A stretch of DNA of 50,064 nucleotides, from IMG/VR virus record IMGVR_UViG_3300032320_001659, positions 1 through 50,064 of that record; one strand, written 5' to 3'. Both the position numbers and the translations under genes were made by a program. The notes beneath the pieces are model-generated. The model was not told the DNA's origin, searched no databases, and was given only the letters and a program-made list of their open reading frames with translations. Numbering within the stretch: the first letter of the stretch is position 1; each line of letters starts with the position of its first letter. Positions 36,244 through 46,718 of this stretch are shown here, piece by piece. This DNA is from a virus (Duplodnaviria; Caudoviricetes).

Positions 36244-39200
36244 TCAAAGACCTGTTCCTGATGGAAGAGCAATTGCTCGAAGACTTGTTAATACTGGAAT
36301 AGTAGTTCTATCGGCAGCAGTCATAACAATTTTTATAGCAAATTGAATGAAAGAATTATATGTTTGTCCATTTGCACTTACATATGTAATATAGTTATCT
36401 GCTAAACCGCCAGTTCCTGGTGCAGCTTCAAATTCATATATATTATCTCTAGTTTTAGAAAATACTTCTTTATTTCCTCCCACATTCGTCATTAATTGCC
36501 ATGAATTATCTTCAATAATTGAATCGTCACCAGAACTCAATAATTTATAGAAAACATATATGTTTGTTCCTAATGGTCTATATGCAGTATAGTATACTCG
36601 TAAATCTTGGGAATCATTTCCTGGAGCAAGTACAACTGTTTTCGTTATGTATCTACATGCAGCATTACCACCAATAGGTGAAAATTCACTTGTTGTTGTT
36701 ATTATTGCCGTATTTGTATTTGGTCCAGTTACAGTAATTGTTGGTGAATTTAAATAACCTGAACCAGGAGTGGTAATAAAAATACTTTGTACATTACCGT
36801 TAGATAATGTTAGATTTGCTGATGCTTGAGTGCCATCAGGTAAATCTGGAAGAGAAACTATTACTCTTGCATTTGAATCATAACCGCCACCGTCATCTAC
36901 TATAATTATTTGATTGTCTGAAAGTCCTAAATTATTTATTTTCCATTCAATATTATAGAGTGTTAATCCATCATCAGATAACATAGGAGAAAGTACATCA
37001 TTTTGAGTGCTTAATGTTGCGGAAAGTTTAAATGAATCATTTAAATTTTTTAATAATACTCTTTCACCTAAACCGTCAGATAGATATATGTCATCAATTG
37101 TTGGACAACCAAACTTTCCGGGTTCAACAGCAAAAGGACCAACTCCATCACCAGTTGACAATAATTTTGAAGTATATGAATAAGAAATATTCGTACTATC
37201 TGGAATAAAATCTGTTGTTGTAATGTTATATGCACAAGAAACAACATTATTTTGTGGATAATCTCCATTGACATTAACTACTACGTCAGGATTAGCATTA
37301 TAACTAATAGATGATATACCACCAAGTTTACGATAAGGTAAATTTCTTGGAATAACAAAAGAAATAATTCTTGATCCTATATCAAATTTACAACGTTTAA
37401 TGTCCATCATCAGACTTTTTGCTGGATCTGCTACCCATGTTATAGCGTTTTGAGATTCAAATAATCCACCAACATATGGTGCAATTCCTAATTTTTGTAC
37501 TCCTGTAGGATTAGCATCAGTGTAGTTTGTTTTTGCTGTTGAAGAAATTATTTGTTTATCTTTTGCAGCAATATATAAGTTATATTCTAAAGAAGGACTT
37601 CTTATGATAAATGCATATAATAATCCTGATTGAATATATACTGGCGCTGGAAATTTAAATACTGTTGCAGCATCAGGATTCAAATAATGTAAGTTTTCTG
37701 TTGGTGAAATAACTTTTATATCATTCGGATATAATGTAACAATCGAGTAATCTAATGTTTCGCCGTGTGGATATCCGTTTTGTGTACCTACAATATATAA
37801 TGTAATTGGATCATTCGTTTGTGTTGGTTTACTCTGAAAAAATAAAGAAATTGATTCTAAAAATAATCCATTTGGATAATTATCTTTTTGAAAAAGAAAT
37901 GATTGAGCAACAGGATCGCAAGGGGGCGCTGGAGGTGGCGGAATATATTCTGTAGATGTGCCAATAAGAACAGTCTGAGTTTTTGTTTGTGTGAATGTAT
38001 TTTTTGCACCAGCTAAAGATGATCCAAAATCCAGAGCTTGTGATCTTGTGGATAGACCAGAAGCAGTAAAAGTGCCTTTTGCATAAGATGTTGCCGAACC
38101 AGGATCTGTTACTACTGTTCTCGTTTCGACAGTAAAAACACGGTCACCAGTTTTAAACGAGTTTTCTGGTACATTAAAACTTCCAACAAAAACACCAGAT
38201 TCATTTGTTGATAATGTTTCCAGTTTATTGATTTGTGATCCTTTTTTATAAGAAAATTCAGTACCAACAATTGTATAAGAAGATGTTAAATCACCAAATT
38301 GTAAGTTCGTGCCCATACTAATCGGTACACGTTTATCAAGTGTTACTGTGCAATTCGCAGCGTCATATCCTGTAATATTAGCACTCACATGTAAATTTTC
38401 TAATTTAAGTACTTTTTGACCACCACCTTGATTGATTTCTGTTACATTCTTTGTAATTATGTTAATTATACAATTTTTATAATAATCATCCAAAGTACTG
38501 GCAGTACCACTTAAAGAAATTCTTGATACTCCAGAATAGTATACGCCTCCTTGCTTTACAGCACGTACTGTTCCTGAATATACTGGATCAGGAGAAGTAG
38601 TAAGTAGAGAATTTGTTGAGAATATAGTATTACCAGACGTTATAGGAGTACCATCAGGTCCATTTGTCCACGGCTGATCTGAAATTGCAGCAGCAAAAAA
38701 TTTATTTGTACCAGTAGTACCAGTAGAATATATTTCAGCATTATATCTAGAACCCGAAGTAGAAACAATATTAATTGCTAAGTTAGCAGAAGTTCCTGAT
38801 GACCAAACCGTTCTATTATTATATTTAAAATAACCAGTTTGACCGGGACTAGAATTCACCATTACATAAATTGTTTCCGGGAGCGTTCCGGTGACTTCGC
38901 TTAAGTTAACAAGAAATTTACTTGCTGCTAGTGTTGTTCCTTTTTGATTTGGATTTGACCAAATACCATGAGTCGCTCCAAAATTGTTAGCTGCGGGATA
39001 TACTCGATAATATTTAAGTGTTGTTCCAAGTATATCTCGAATTGAATTTCCAGCAGAAGTTACGAAACCAGTTTTATGCACAGAAATAAGTGTTTCTGGA
39101 TTTACTAATGTACCTTGTGATGTGCTTGTCTGGTAGTTTCCATTAACATCAAAAAAACTGTTATATATTGTACCTGTACCCACAGAAGGATAAGTAGAAA

Positions 39201-42200
39201 GATAATTGCCTGTAACATATAATCTACAATTGGCAGTACCAGGATAATAATATGCACTTGAAACTCTAGCCACAGGAAGAAATTTATTACTATAAGTAAA
39301 TCCAATTACATCATCTTCTTTAAATTTACCCGTACAATTTTTCAATTCGATAATATCATCAGTCATCATGAAGTTATTAACTATTTGGCCATCAAATGTA
39401 CATGTAACGGGTGCATTTAATTTTAAGCCTCTTGCACGAATATTAATTTGTTGAGGCCTAATATAAGGCTGAATACTTATATCTGTAATATAATTATTAT
39501 TCACACTATATGTATTATTAACTTTATCGTAAGCGCCTGAAACAATAGTTTGAGTAAACGTTTCATAAGTTGAAGTTGTAATCGTACGACCGAGCCACCA
39601 TTCGCCCGGGGATACATCAACTATTGTTTTTGCAGATCCAGGTTGAGCTTTCCAATCTCCAACACTCAATTGATTTACAGTGGTACCTTCTCTAAAAATT
39701 TCCAAATCTGCACCAGTAATAATTATATCTGGTTGTTTTGTGTTGTCTACCCAATTATCCATTGGTGGACTAATATCTAAAGTACCTTCTGGTTCCGAGA
39801 CTCCAAATGGATTAACATTGACAGTAGAAGTTGCATATGGTTGGTTGGTTACAGAAGAACCAGTATATGGTAAACAAAATATATTAGTTTTATCGATGTT
39901 GGATACAGTAAATAGAGCTGGATTTGGCTTATTTAAAGTAGATAATAATATTTCCGACTGTAGTGCAAAGTTTGACACATCTTGTTCTGCTGTTAATTGA
40001 TTTGTTCTTTTATTAATTGAACATGTGAATTCAGCATTTCCAACAGCTGCTGTGGCAAAAGAAGAAAAATCGTCCACTAAGATACCATTTTTAAATCGAT
40101 TTAATCCATTAACATCTGGTATTTGTGTAGATTGTGCTTTTTGTTCTAATGCATTTAATACTGTATAAAATTCAATATTATTAATTCTTCTCTGTATATT
40201 TGCAATATCTTGCATTGTAAATCGTTTGTGTTGCACTGGTTCTATCGATACATTTGGTAATATTCCTGGAGGAGTTTCTCCTCCAACATAAGATGTATAA
40301 GCATCTAAAGTAATTCTCGCAAGAAGTAATGCTCCATCGGGTTCTACTGGAAATTTAGAATTAATTGAAGATATTCCATTGATAACTTGAAAAACCTTAT
40401 CTTTCGACAAAATCAATATATCTTTTCTAGGTAAATAATAGCTATAGTCATTAACAAAAGTAGATAAATTTGAAGGAATAAGTGCTCCTGAATCCGTACT
40501 CGTTTGATCCGTTGTAAATGCAAAAGTGAAAGTTGAAACGGCATTTCTTCTAGTCGGCCTAAAATCCACACAATCTCTTAATGAATATCTTGATCCATTT
40601 TTTGAAACATACGTTGGTATTTGTTCATATTCTTCAGGACTCGATGAAATCGGAGATAAGTAAGACGTTACATCAAAATATCCATCACCGCCAATAGGTA
40701 AATAATAGTCAAATAAAACAAGTAGATTTCCTTTAGCTTTTGGTGCGCCATTTTTTAATGTGATTGTAGCATGATCGTAATAATTGTCTGTTTGTCCATT
40801 ATTAAAAATATAATTTGCAGTCACATCGTAAGTTGAATCTGATAACATACTGTTTGTTGGAGAAGTTTCTGCTGATTGAGTATCAATAATTTTAACAATT
40901 TTCTTGACATCTGAAACAAACAAACTTTGTTTTTTTCCTGCGGCGACAATACCTGCTTTTTGAATATAAACTTGACCATATGTTAAATCAACTTTTGTGA
41001 AAACGGCAACAGTTGTACCATCAATATACACTTGATCATTTGCAGCTTCTATTAAGTTTTTACCACGTACTACTGAAGCGTTGTCTGCATTTGAAACATA
41101 AACTTTCGCAATAACATCAACAGTTAAGTCAGCCGCTAAATTTATTTTAGTAAATGTTGCAGTCAGTTTACTATCTGCGATAGTTATGTAACTATTAGCA
41201 GCATCATTTGTAAAATTAAGAATTTGTCCATTTGTTAAACCAGAGTTACTTCCTCTATTGCGTACAATAACAGTAAATAGTGAAGCGGCCTCAGAATCGG
41301 TTAGATTTCCCTGTGATTGTGTTCTACCCTTAAAATTTAAATATGATGGTGATGGTAATGTAATTGAAAGTTGTGTTTTGTCTGAAACGCTGGTGAAAGT
41401 TTTATTTCTAAAAATTTTTTGAGATTCATATGATTTGTCGCTGAGTGTTTTAACATATCTATTTCCTAATGAAAATAATAACTCAGGCCTAGTAGTATCT
41501 TGTATAACAACACCACCGGAAGGAATATTTCCAATTTTGCTTGCTCTATTGATTGAGGCTGATGCCATTATATAATTGTTTGAATTTGCTCTTACAATCG
41601 TTTCAGCATCTTTTATTTGAAATTTTATCGTAAAGTTTGGTGGTGACGCTGGTATTATTGCAAATGGTGGATCAATTGTTGCTGTTTTTGTCAATCCATT
41701 ATATGCTGTAATTATTGCAGTACTCGCACCTGTGGTTGTTACTCCAGAATCCATCGTAATAGTTGCACCAACATATGCATCATTTGCTGATGAAAGTTTA
41801 CCAGTTCTATCGAAGAAAGATATAGTATTAGCTGTAGTTGAAGATGCATTTGATGTTAATGTTGTAGTTAATGTATCAAAAAGATGCATCTTATATACAT
41901 AACTAGAAGTATCAGTTATTGTATTACTAAAGTACACATAATCTAAATTACGAATTCTTGATGTTGCCACTACAGTTGAATTATATGTGTTTGCATTTGC
42001 AGTTGAAACATTAGCTAGTGGAACACAATGTATATCAACTTGATTCATATCAGTAATATCAAAACTTCCTATAGCACTACCTTTAACGTTATCAGTATAA
42101 AGAAAGTTTCCATAATTTATAAAAATATTATTATTATTTTGTGACTTATATTCACGCGCCCTGTCTACTCTTACTCTAAGAGGAGATTGATTCTCGATTC

Positions 42201-43239
42201 TATAACCACGAACATAAGCTACACCTTTACCAATACTTAATTCAAAAATATCAGGATTTATAGTGTTTGCTGATGTTCCTAATTTAAAATCATTAACAAT
42301 ATAATCACCATTTGTATCATATGTTCTTTTTGCAAAATAATCATCAATTGTAGAATAAACTGTATCATCAACCTGTCTAGTAACAACTCCATTTTCAATA
42401 CGAACTAATTCAATAAAATTTTGATCATTGACTAATTGAAAAGGAAATGATATTAGTGTTAAATCAATTAAGTATCGATCTGCTCCAGGTGCTTGATAGT
42501 TTGATGATCCTAAAGTTGGATCTAATAAATCTGGACTATCAACATAATCGATGTACGTTTCGGTGATTAATAAACCAATTCTAGCAGTGGGGACAGCTGA
42601 ATATTTACTTAAAATAACAGTGGATGGCTGTACTGCTACAAAATTTCCTATAGAATATCGTGAAAATGTGCCATCTTCATTTTGTTCTGTTGAAATGTTG
42701 TATCCATTAACTACATAAAAAACACCTTGGGTGATTGATGCTACTGAAGCGCTACCTGAACAAGTTGTTCCTCCAGCTGTACCAATTGTCGATCCTAAAG
42801 CGCTTGTTCCATCAAACGAGTATATAATTAAACCATCTGTGAATTGTGATCCTGATAAATAAGAAACTATTAATGTTGGTGGATCACCACCTTCACCAGT
42901 TGATTCGGCTGTAGCAATAACTCTAGCAACAATTGATCCGGTCACATCTGTAATAAGAGCATTTAAAAAATTACTAGCAATAATATCTTCTTCTTCAAAT
43001 TGAGTGTTTAATTTGATATAATTACATCCAAGATTAAGTGTAACTTTACCACCAGTAACAGGCGTATTTTTTGCGAAAATAGCATCAGCAAAATTTGAAA
43101 TTTGATTTTGTAAAATCGTTTGTAGCTGAGTTAATTCCCGTGCTTGAACTGCTCTACCAGGCTTGAATAAAATTCTATGATAGTTTTTGTTTGGATCAAA
43201 ATCATCATAGTATGGATCTGTATTAAAATTAATTGCCAT
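36244..43239 (-). CDS. VrlC-like / DUF4815 large virion structural protein
   Basis: PYYDDFD...ILFKPGRAVQARELTQLQ, APGADRY, RFKNGILVDDF and DPVAQSF motifs. Confidence 0.88.
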   Translation of the reverse strand: MAINFNTDPYYDDFDPNKNYHRILFKPGRAVQARELTQLQTILQNQISNFADAIFAKNTPVTGGKVTLNLGCNYIKLNTQFEEEDIIASNFLNALITDVTGSIVARVIATAESTGEGGDPPTLIVSYLSGSQFTDGLIIYSFDGTSALGSTIGTAGGTTCSGSASVASITQGVFYVVNGYNISTEQNEDGTFSRYSIGNFVAVQPSTVILSKYSAVPTARIGLLITETYIDYVDSPDLLDPTLGSSNYQAPGADRYLIDLTLISFPFQLVNDQNFIELVRIENGVVTRQVDDTVYSTIDDYFAKRTYDTNGDYIVNDFKLGTSANTINPDIFELSIGKGVAYVRGYRIENQSPLRVRVDRAREYKSQNNNNIFINYGNFLYTDNVKGSAIGSFDITDMNQVDIHCVPLANVSTANANTYNSTVVATSRIRNLDYVYFSNTITDTSSYVYKMHLFDTLTTTLTSNASSTTANTISFFDRTGKLSSANDAYVGATITMDSGVTTTGASTAIITAYNGLTKTATIDPPFAIIPASPPNFTIKFQIKDAETIVRANSNNYIMASASINRASKIGNIPSGGVVIQDTTRPELLFSLGNRYVKTLSDKSYESQKIFRNKTFTSVSDKTQLSITLPSPSYLNFKGRTQSQGNLTDSEAASLFTVIVRNRGSNSGLTNGQILNFTNDAANSYITIADSKLTATFTKINLAADLTVDVIAKVYVSNADNASVVRGKNLIEAANDQVYIDGTTVAVFTKVDLTYGQVYIQKAGIVAAGKKQSLFVSDVKKIVKIIDTQSAETSPTNSMLSDSTYDVTANYIFNNGQTDNYYDHATITLKNGAPKAKGNLLVLFDYYLPIGGDGYFDVTSYLSPISSSPEEYEQIPTYVSKNGSRYSLRDCVDFRPTRRNAVSTFTFAFTTDQTSTDSGALIPSNLSTFVNDYSYYLPRKDILILSKDKVFQVINGISSINSKFPVEPDGALLLARITLDAYTSYVGGETPPGILPNVSIEPVQHKRFTMQDIANIQRRINNIEFYTVLNALEQKAQSTQIPDVNGLNRFKNGILVDDFSSFATAAVGNAEFTCSINKRTNQLTAEQDVSNFALQSEILLSTLNKPNPALFTVSNIDKTNIFCLPYTGSSVTNQPYATSTVNVNPFGVSEPEGTLDISPPMDNWVDNTKQPDIIITGADLEIFREGTTVNQLSVGDWKAQPGSAKTIVDVSPGEWWLGRTITTSTYETFTQTIVSGAYDKVNNTYSVNNNYITDISIQPYIRPQQINIRARGLKLNAPVTCTFDGQIVNNFMMTDDIIELKNCTGKFKEDDVIGFTYSNKFLPVARVSSAYYYPGTANCRLYVTGNYLSTYPSVGTGTIYNSFFDVNGNYQTSTSQGTLVNPETLISVHKTGFVTSAGNSIRDILGTTLKYYRVYPAANNFGATHGIWSNPNQKGTTLAASKFLVNLSEVTGTLPETIYVMVNSSPGQTGYFKYNNRTVWSSGTSANLAINIVSTSGSRYNAEIYSTGTTGTNKFFAAAISDQPWTNGPDGTPITSGNTIFSTNSLLTTSPDPVYSGTVRAVKQGGVYYSGVSRISLSGTASTLDDYYKNCIINIITKNVTEINQGGGQKVLKLENLHVSANITGYDAANCTVTLDKRVPISMGTNLQFGDLTSSYTIVGTEFSYKKGSQINKLETLSTNESGVFVGSFNVPENSFKTGDRVFTVETRTVVTDPGSATSYAKGTFTASGLSTRSQALDFGSSLAGAKNTFTQTKTQTVLIGTSTEYIPPPPAPPCDPVAQSFLFQKDNYPNGLFLESISLFFQSKPTQTNDPITLYIVGTQNGYPHGETLDYSIVTLYPNDIKVISPTENLHYLNPDAATVFKFPAPVYIQSGLLYAFIIRSPSLEYNLYIAAKDKQIISSTAKTNYTDANPTGVQKLGIAPYVGGLFESQNAITWVADPAKSLMMDIKRCKFDIGSRIISFVIPRNLPYRKLGGISSISYNANPDVVVNVNGDYPQNNVVSCAYNITTTDFIPDSTNISYSYTSKLLSTGDGVGPFAVEPGKFGCPTIDDIYLSDGLGERVLLKNLNDSFKLSATLSTQNDVLSPMLSDDGLTLYNIEWKINNLGLSDNQIIIVDDGGGYDSNARVIVSLPDLPDGTQASANLTLSNGNVQSIFITTPGSGYLNSPTITVTGPNTNTAIITTTSEFSPIGGNAACRYITKTVVLAPGNDSQDLRVYYTAYRPLGTNIYVFYKLLSSGDDSIIEDNSWQLMTNVGGNKEVFSKTRDNIYEFEAAPGTGGLADNYITYVSANGQTYNSFIQFAIKIVMTAADRTTIPVLTSLRAIALPSGTGL

Positions 43240-43242
43240 TGA

Positions 43243-44649
43243 TTAATATCCTAAAACGAATTTAAATTGTTCTATACCATCATCACTTCTTGAAACGGGA
43301 CTTCTATTTTCAATATAAATTATATTTCCTGAAAATTTAAGTAAATCAGGTTCAGTTGCACCTAATAATGTTCTTGATAATTTTGAGCCAGTACTTGAAC
43401 TATATAATTGTGAACCAACTGTATAAGAACCTGATGTATTTATTACTTGTAATACACTGGAAGTTCTATTATAACTTAAAACTGTTGCTCTAAATGTTTT
43501 AGCATTGTCTGCCGAAAAACTTGTTGGTGCTTGAAATACTTCTTCGTCTGGAAAAAAAGTACCAATTCCAGGTGAAACAAATAGTTGTGTTGCAGTATTG
43601 TATATTGATGCATTTGCGACAAATGGAAAATTTCTCTTTGATTTTGGATTCAACAAAAGTCCAACTTGTCTATAATCAATATCTGTTGGTACATATTGAA
43701 CACCATAAATACTTTCCTTTGAATTGAATTCCACAGCAATCATAAAATGCCTACATCCCAATTCAGATTTTGGATCAAATGCGTGACCACCTATTGGAGA
43801 AATTGGTGCATAAAAAGATGCTCCTGATCCATATGATGTTCCATTTGCAGCAATACTAGTAAGAGTCACATTTGCATATGTGTAATTTGCGCCTGGATTT
43901 GTTATATAAACATCAGATATTACATCTCCTGTAGTTATAACGTTTGCTGCCGCTCCAGTTCCATCTCCTTGAATACTTAAAGTAATTAAAGTATTAACTG
44001 GATCATATCCTGATCCTCCATTTAATACGCCTACTGCATCAATGTTTCCTATACCAGCAGGAGATTGTTGTGCATTTGGTACTGTGATTGTGCCATCAAC
44101 TGGCATCCACAAAACATCCATAAATTTAGTTTTTCCTAGTTGTGAGATCGTGTATAGATATTTCCATTTATATCCATCTGTTCCTGTATAAATGTTATTT
44201 GTTCCATAAGAACCTGGTTGAAACAATGGTTCATCTGTAGCGATTCCATCATTATTATTCCATAAGCACTTATAAACTTGATCATATCTATTTCTCACAT
44301 AAAAATTTAGCGCATTAAATCCATTTAAATCAGTTGCAAACATATCAATATCATCTCTGTAATAATCGTACACTTCACCTCTAGTCCAATCATGTCTTTC
44401 GATAACAGGTGAAACGTCAGCGTTCGTTATTCTTTTAGCAACAAACATGTTTTTAAATATATTTTTTATATATTTTTGATCTTGTCTTGGTTGTTCTGGA
44501 TCATTATCATCGGGCCAAGGCTTAACACCAGATAAAAAACAATACATGTTATTAATATTTTCACCTGCAACAAGTGAAGTGGGAGCAAAGTAATCTAACA
44601 TTACTTGTTCTAAATTAAATCCATATGTGAGTAGATTTTTATTTGCCAT
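43243..44649 (-). CDS. gp8: Baseplate wedge protein gp8
   Basis: VYKCLWN, DGYKWKYLY, YRQVGLLLNP and SGNIIYIENR motifs. Confidence 0.88.
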   Translation of the reverse strand: MANKNLLTYGFNLEQVMLDYFAPTSLVAGENINNMYCFLSGVKPWPDDNDPEQPRQDQKYIKNIFKNMFVAKRITNADVSPVIERHDWTRGEVYDYYRDDIDMFATDLNGFNALNFYVRNRYDQVYKCLWNNNDGIATDEPLFQPGSYGTNNIYTGTDGYKWKYLYTISQLGKTKFMDVLWMPVDGTITVPNAQQSPAGIGNIDAVGVLNGGSGYDPVNTLITLSIQGDGTGAAANVITTGDVISDVYITNPGANYTYANVTLTSIAANGTSYGSGASFYAPISPIGGHAFDPKSELGCRHFMIAVEFNSKESIYGVQYVPTDIDYRQVGLLLNPKSKRNFPFVANASIYNTATQLFVSPGIGTFFPDEEVFQAPTSFSADNAKTFRATVLSYNRTSSVLQVINTSGSYTVGSQLYSSSTGSKLSRTLLGATEPDLLKFSGNIIYIENRSPVSRSDDGIEQFKFVLGY

Positions 44650-44662
44650 TATTTAATTCCGA

Positions 44663-46708
44663 TTAACTATATGAGACAGAACAATATGTATTTGCAAGAT
44701 CACCATCAAACGAGAAGTACTTAATTCGTGCTGTTGTTGTTCCACCCAAAGTAAATGTTGTTGCGCCGACAGTAGAATTTAAAGCACTACAACCGTGTGT
44801 AATTGTGTGTGCTGCACCACCACCTGTTGATATATTTGTCACAAATAGAGTTATGTCTGAGCCTGCTCTAAAGTTTGAAAGTGTGACTGCCATGCCTGCA
44901 TTAACATTACATCTCACCCATGTATCTGTTGAAAAATCTAATGTGATTGCTGTTTGATTACCAGAGTAACTTCTAGAGTTAAACAATAATCCATTAGGAA
45001 CATACAACGTCGAATTTGCTTCATCAATAATTGCTGTGTTACTTGCTTGAATCAGATTATTGTTTGCATATAAAATAGAACCGTTTGGTCGACCATATGC
45101 TTGGCGTGGAGAAATATCGATTTGAATTTTACCATTTGCAGATCCATTTGAAAGAATCTTTGCTACTTGGAAAACTGCATTTGCTCCAGTGGGTGCTACG
45201 TTTGATGCTTGTCCGGGAGTTGTTGACAGATACAACAATTGACCATTATTACCATACGTTGATGCATCGAAATCTGATACAATACCTTTGGTATATACAA
45301 ATCCATATGCTGCATTTGCAATTGCAACTTTAACGAAACCTTCTACTGCTGAATTTGCAGCAGATCTGGCATCAGCAAGTTGAATATACGGTACTGAATT
45401 AGGAGTAACCGCACCAGCTAATCGAATCCATGAGCCATTAGGAATCGTAGATCCAGTTTCGTTGTAAACACGCTCAAATAGCACTTTGGAGATCGCAGGC
45501 CTGTCTCCAGCAACATCAGTATCTTGCACTAGTGAAATTGTGTTGGCAGAGTACCAGACCTGTCCTGACGTTTGTGTAGGATCTGTTGCTTGTGCAAACC
45601 ATTGAATAGAATTTGCTTGTGATGTTCCTGTTGTAATATTTGAAAAGAAAACATTACCCTGAAGTGTGTTTGCAGTCAAATTACCTAGAACGATAACATT
45701 TTTAGAAAAAGATGCCGTATTTGACGTAAAATTATCAACAGACAATGCAGTTCCTATTGTATTAGAAACTATATTTCCTGTTACAGTCAAATTGCCTGTT
45801 ATTGTTCCACCTGTTTTTGCTAGTAATGTTGTCTGTGCGTAAGTATTTGCTGTATCAGTATATGATCTTGCTGATGTTAATGTAGTTAAATCATTTGCTT
45901 GTAAGAAAGTATTTGCTGTATTCGTATATGATCTTGCTGCTGTTAATGTAATTAAATCATTTGCTTGTAAGAATACGTTAGCTGTATTCGTATATGATCT
46001 TGCTTCTGTTAATGTGATTAAATCATTTGCTTGTAGAAATGTATTCGCAGTACTTAGTGATGATATCGATGCACCAGCAGTGGTTTGCTGTGTACCGTCA
46101 GCAAAAACGTAACCTGTCGATGTTTGAACATTACCTGTTACATAAACATTACCTGTTACACTTGTTGTCCTTAAAAAATCAAACGATGAATTACTAACTC
46201 TACCAACAACATTTTCAGACATTAAACCACCAACAAGAAATACAATATTTGCTCTTGTTGATGCAGTACCTATGATTAAATTACCTTGTATACTTGTTGC
46301 TGATGGACCATATACATACATATATCCATCATATGCTTTAAATGCACTATAGTTGACAGGATCGTTGTATGTGTTGCCGCTTATACCAAAATCAATATAT
46401 TTTGTTGAGTTATCACTATCGTTTGTAGATGCAACAAAGTCTGAAGAACCGTTAGAATTAAAGTTTTGTAGATTAACCTGTAAGTATGTATTACTTGTTG
46501 ATGAAAATTGTCCTATAACATTAGGATAAACTAATGGATTACCACCAACGTTTAAAATTTCATTTGAGAATAGACCCGCAGCTAGAGTCTTTCCTGTAAA
46601 TTTACCCGTAGTCGTTGTCGGTAAATCAACAGCAACAAACAAAGTATTTTGTGTGTTTGCATTTAGTGTTGTTAATAATGGTAATTGTGAAATTTTAATT
46701 GTGGACAT
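44663..46708 (-). CDS. Baseplate-associated fibre/structural protein
   Basis: N-terminal KISQLP motif; three 22-aa ANTFLQANDLITLT.ARSYT repeats (~45840-46050). Confidence 0.6.
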   Translation of the reverse strand: MSTIKISQLPLLTTLNANTQNTLFVAVDLPTTTTGKFTGKTLAAGLFSNEILNVGGNPLVYPNVIGQFSSTSNTYLQVNLQNFNSNGSSDFVASTNDSDNSTKYIDFGISGNTYNDPVNYSAFKAYDGYMYVYGPSATSIQGNLIIGTASTRANIVFLVGGLMSENVVGRVSNSSFDFLRTTSVTGNVYVTGNVQTSTGYVFADGTQQTTAGASISSLSTANTFLQANDLITLTEARSYTNTANVFLQANDLITLTAARSYTNTANTFLQANDLTTLTSARSYTDTANTYAQTTLLAKTGGTITGNLTVTGNIVSNTIGTALSVDNFTSNTASFSKNVIVLGNLTANTLQGNVFFSNITTGTSQANSIQWFAQATDPTQTSGQVWYSANTISLVQDTDVAGDRPAISKVLFERVYNETGSTIPNGSWIRLAGAVTPNSVPYIQLADARSAANSAVEGFVKVAIANAAYGFVYTKGIVSDFDASTYGNNGQLLYLSTTPGQASNVAPTGANAVFQVAKILSNGSANGKIQIDISPRQAYGRPNGSILYANNNLIQASNTAIIDEANSTLYVPNGLLFNSRSYSGNQTAITLDFSTDTWVRCNVNAGMAVTLSNFRAGSDITLFVTNISTGGGAAHTITHGCSALNSTVGATTFTLGGTTTARIKYFSFDGDLANTYCSVSYS

Positions 46709-46718
46709 TCTTTTTACC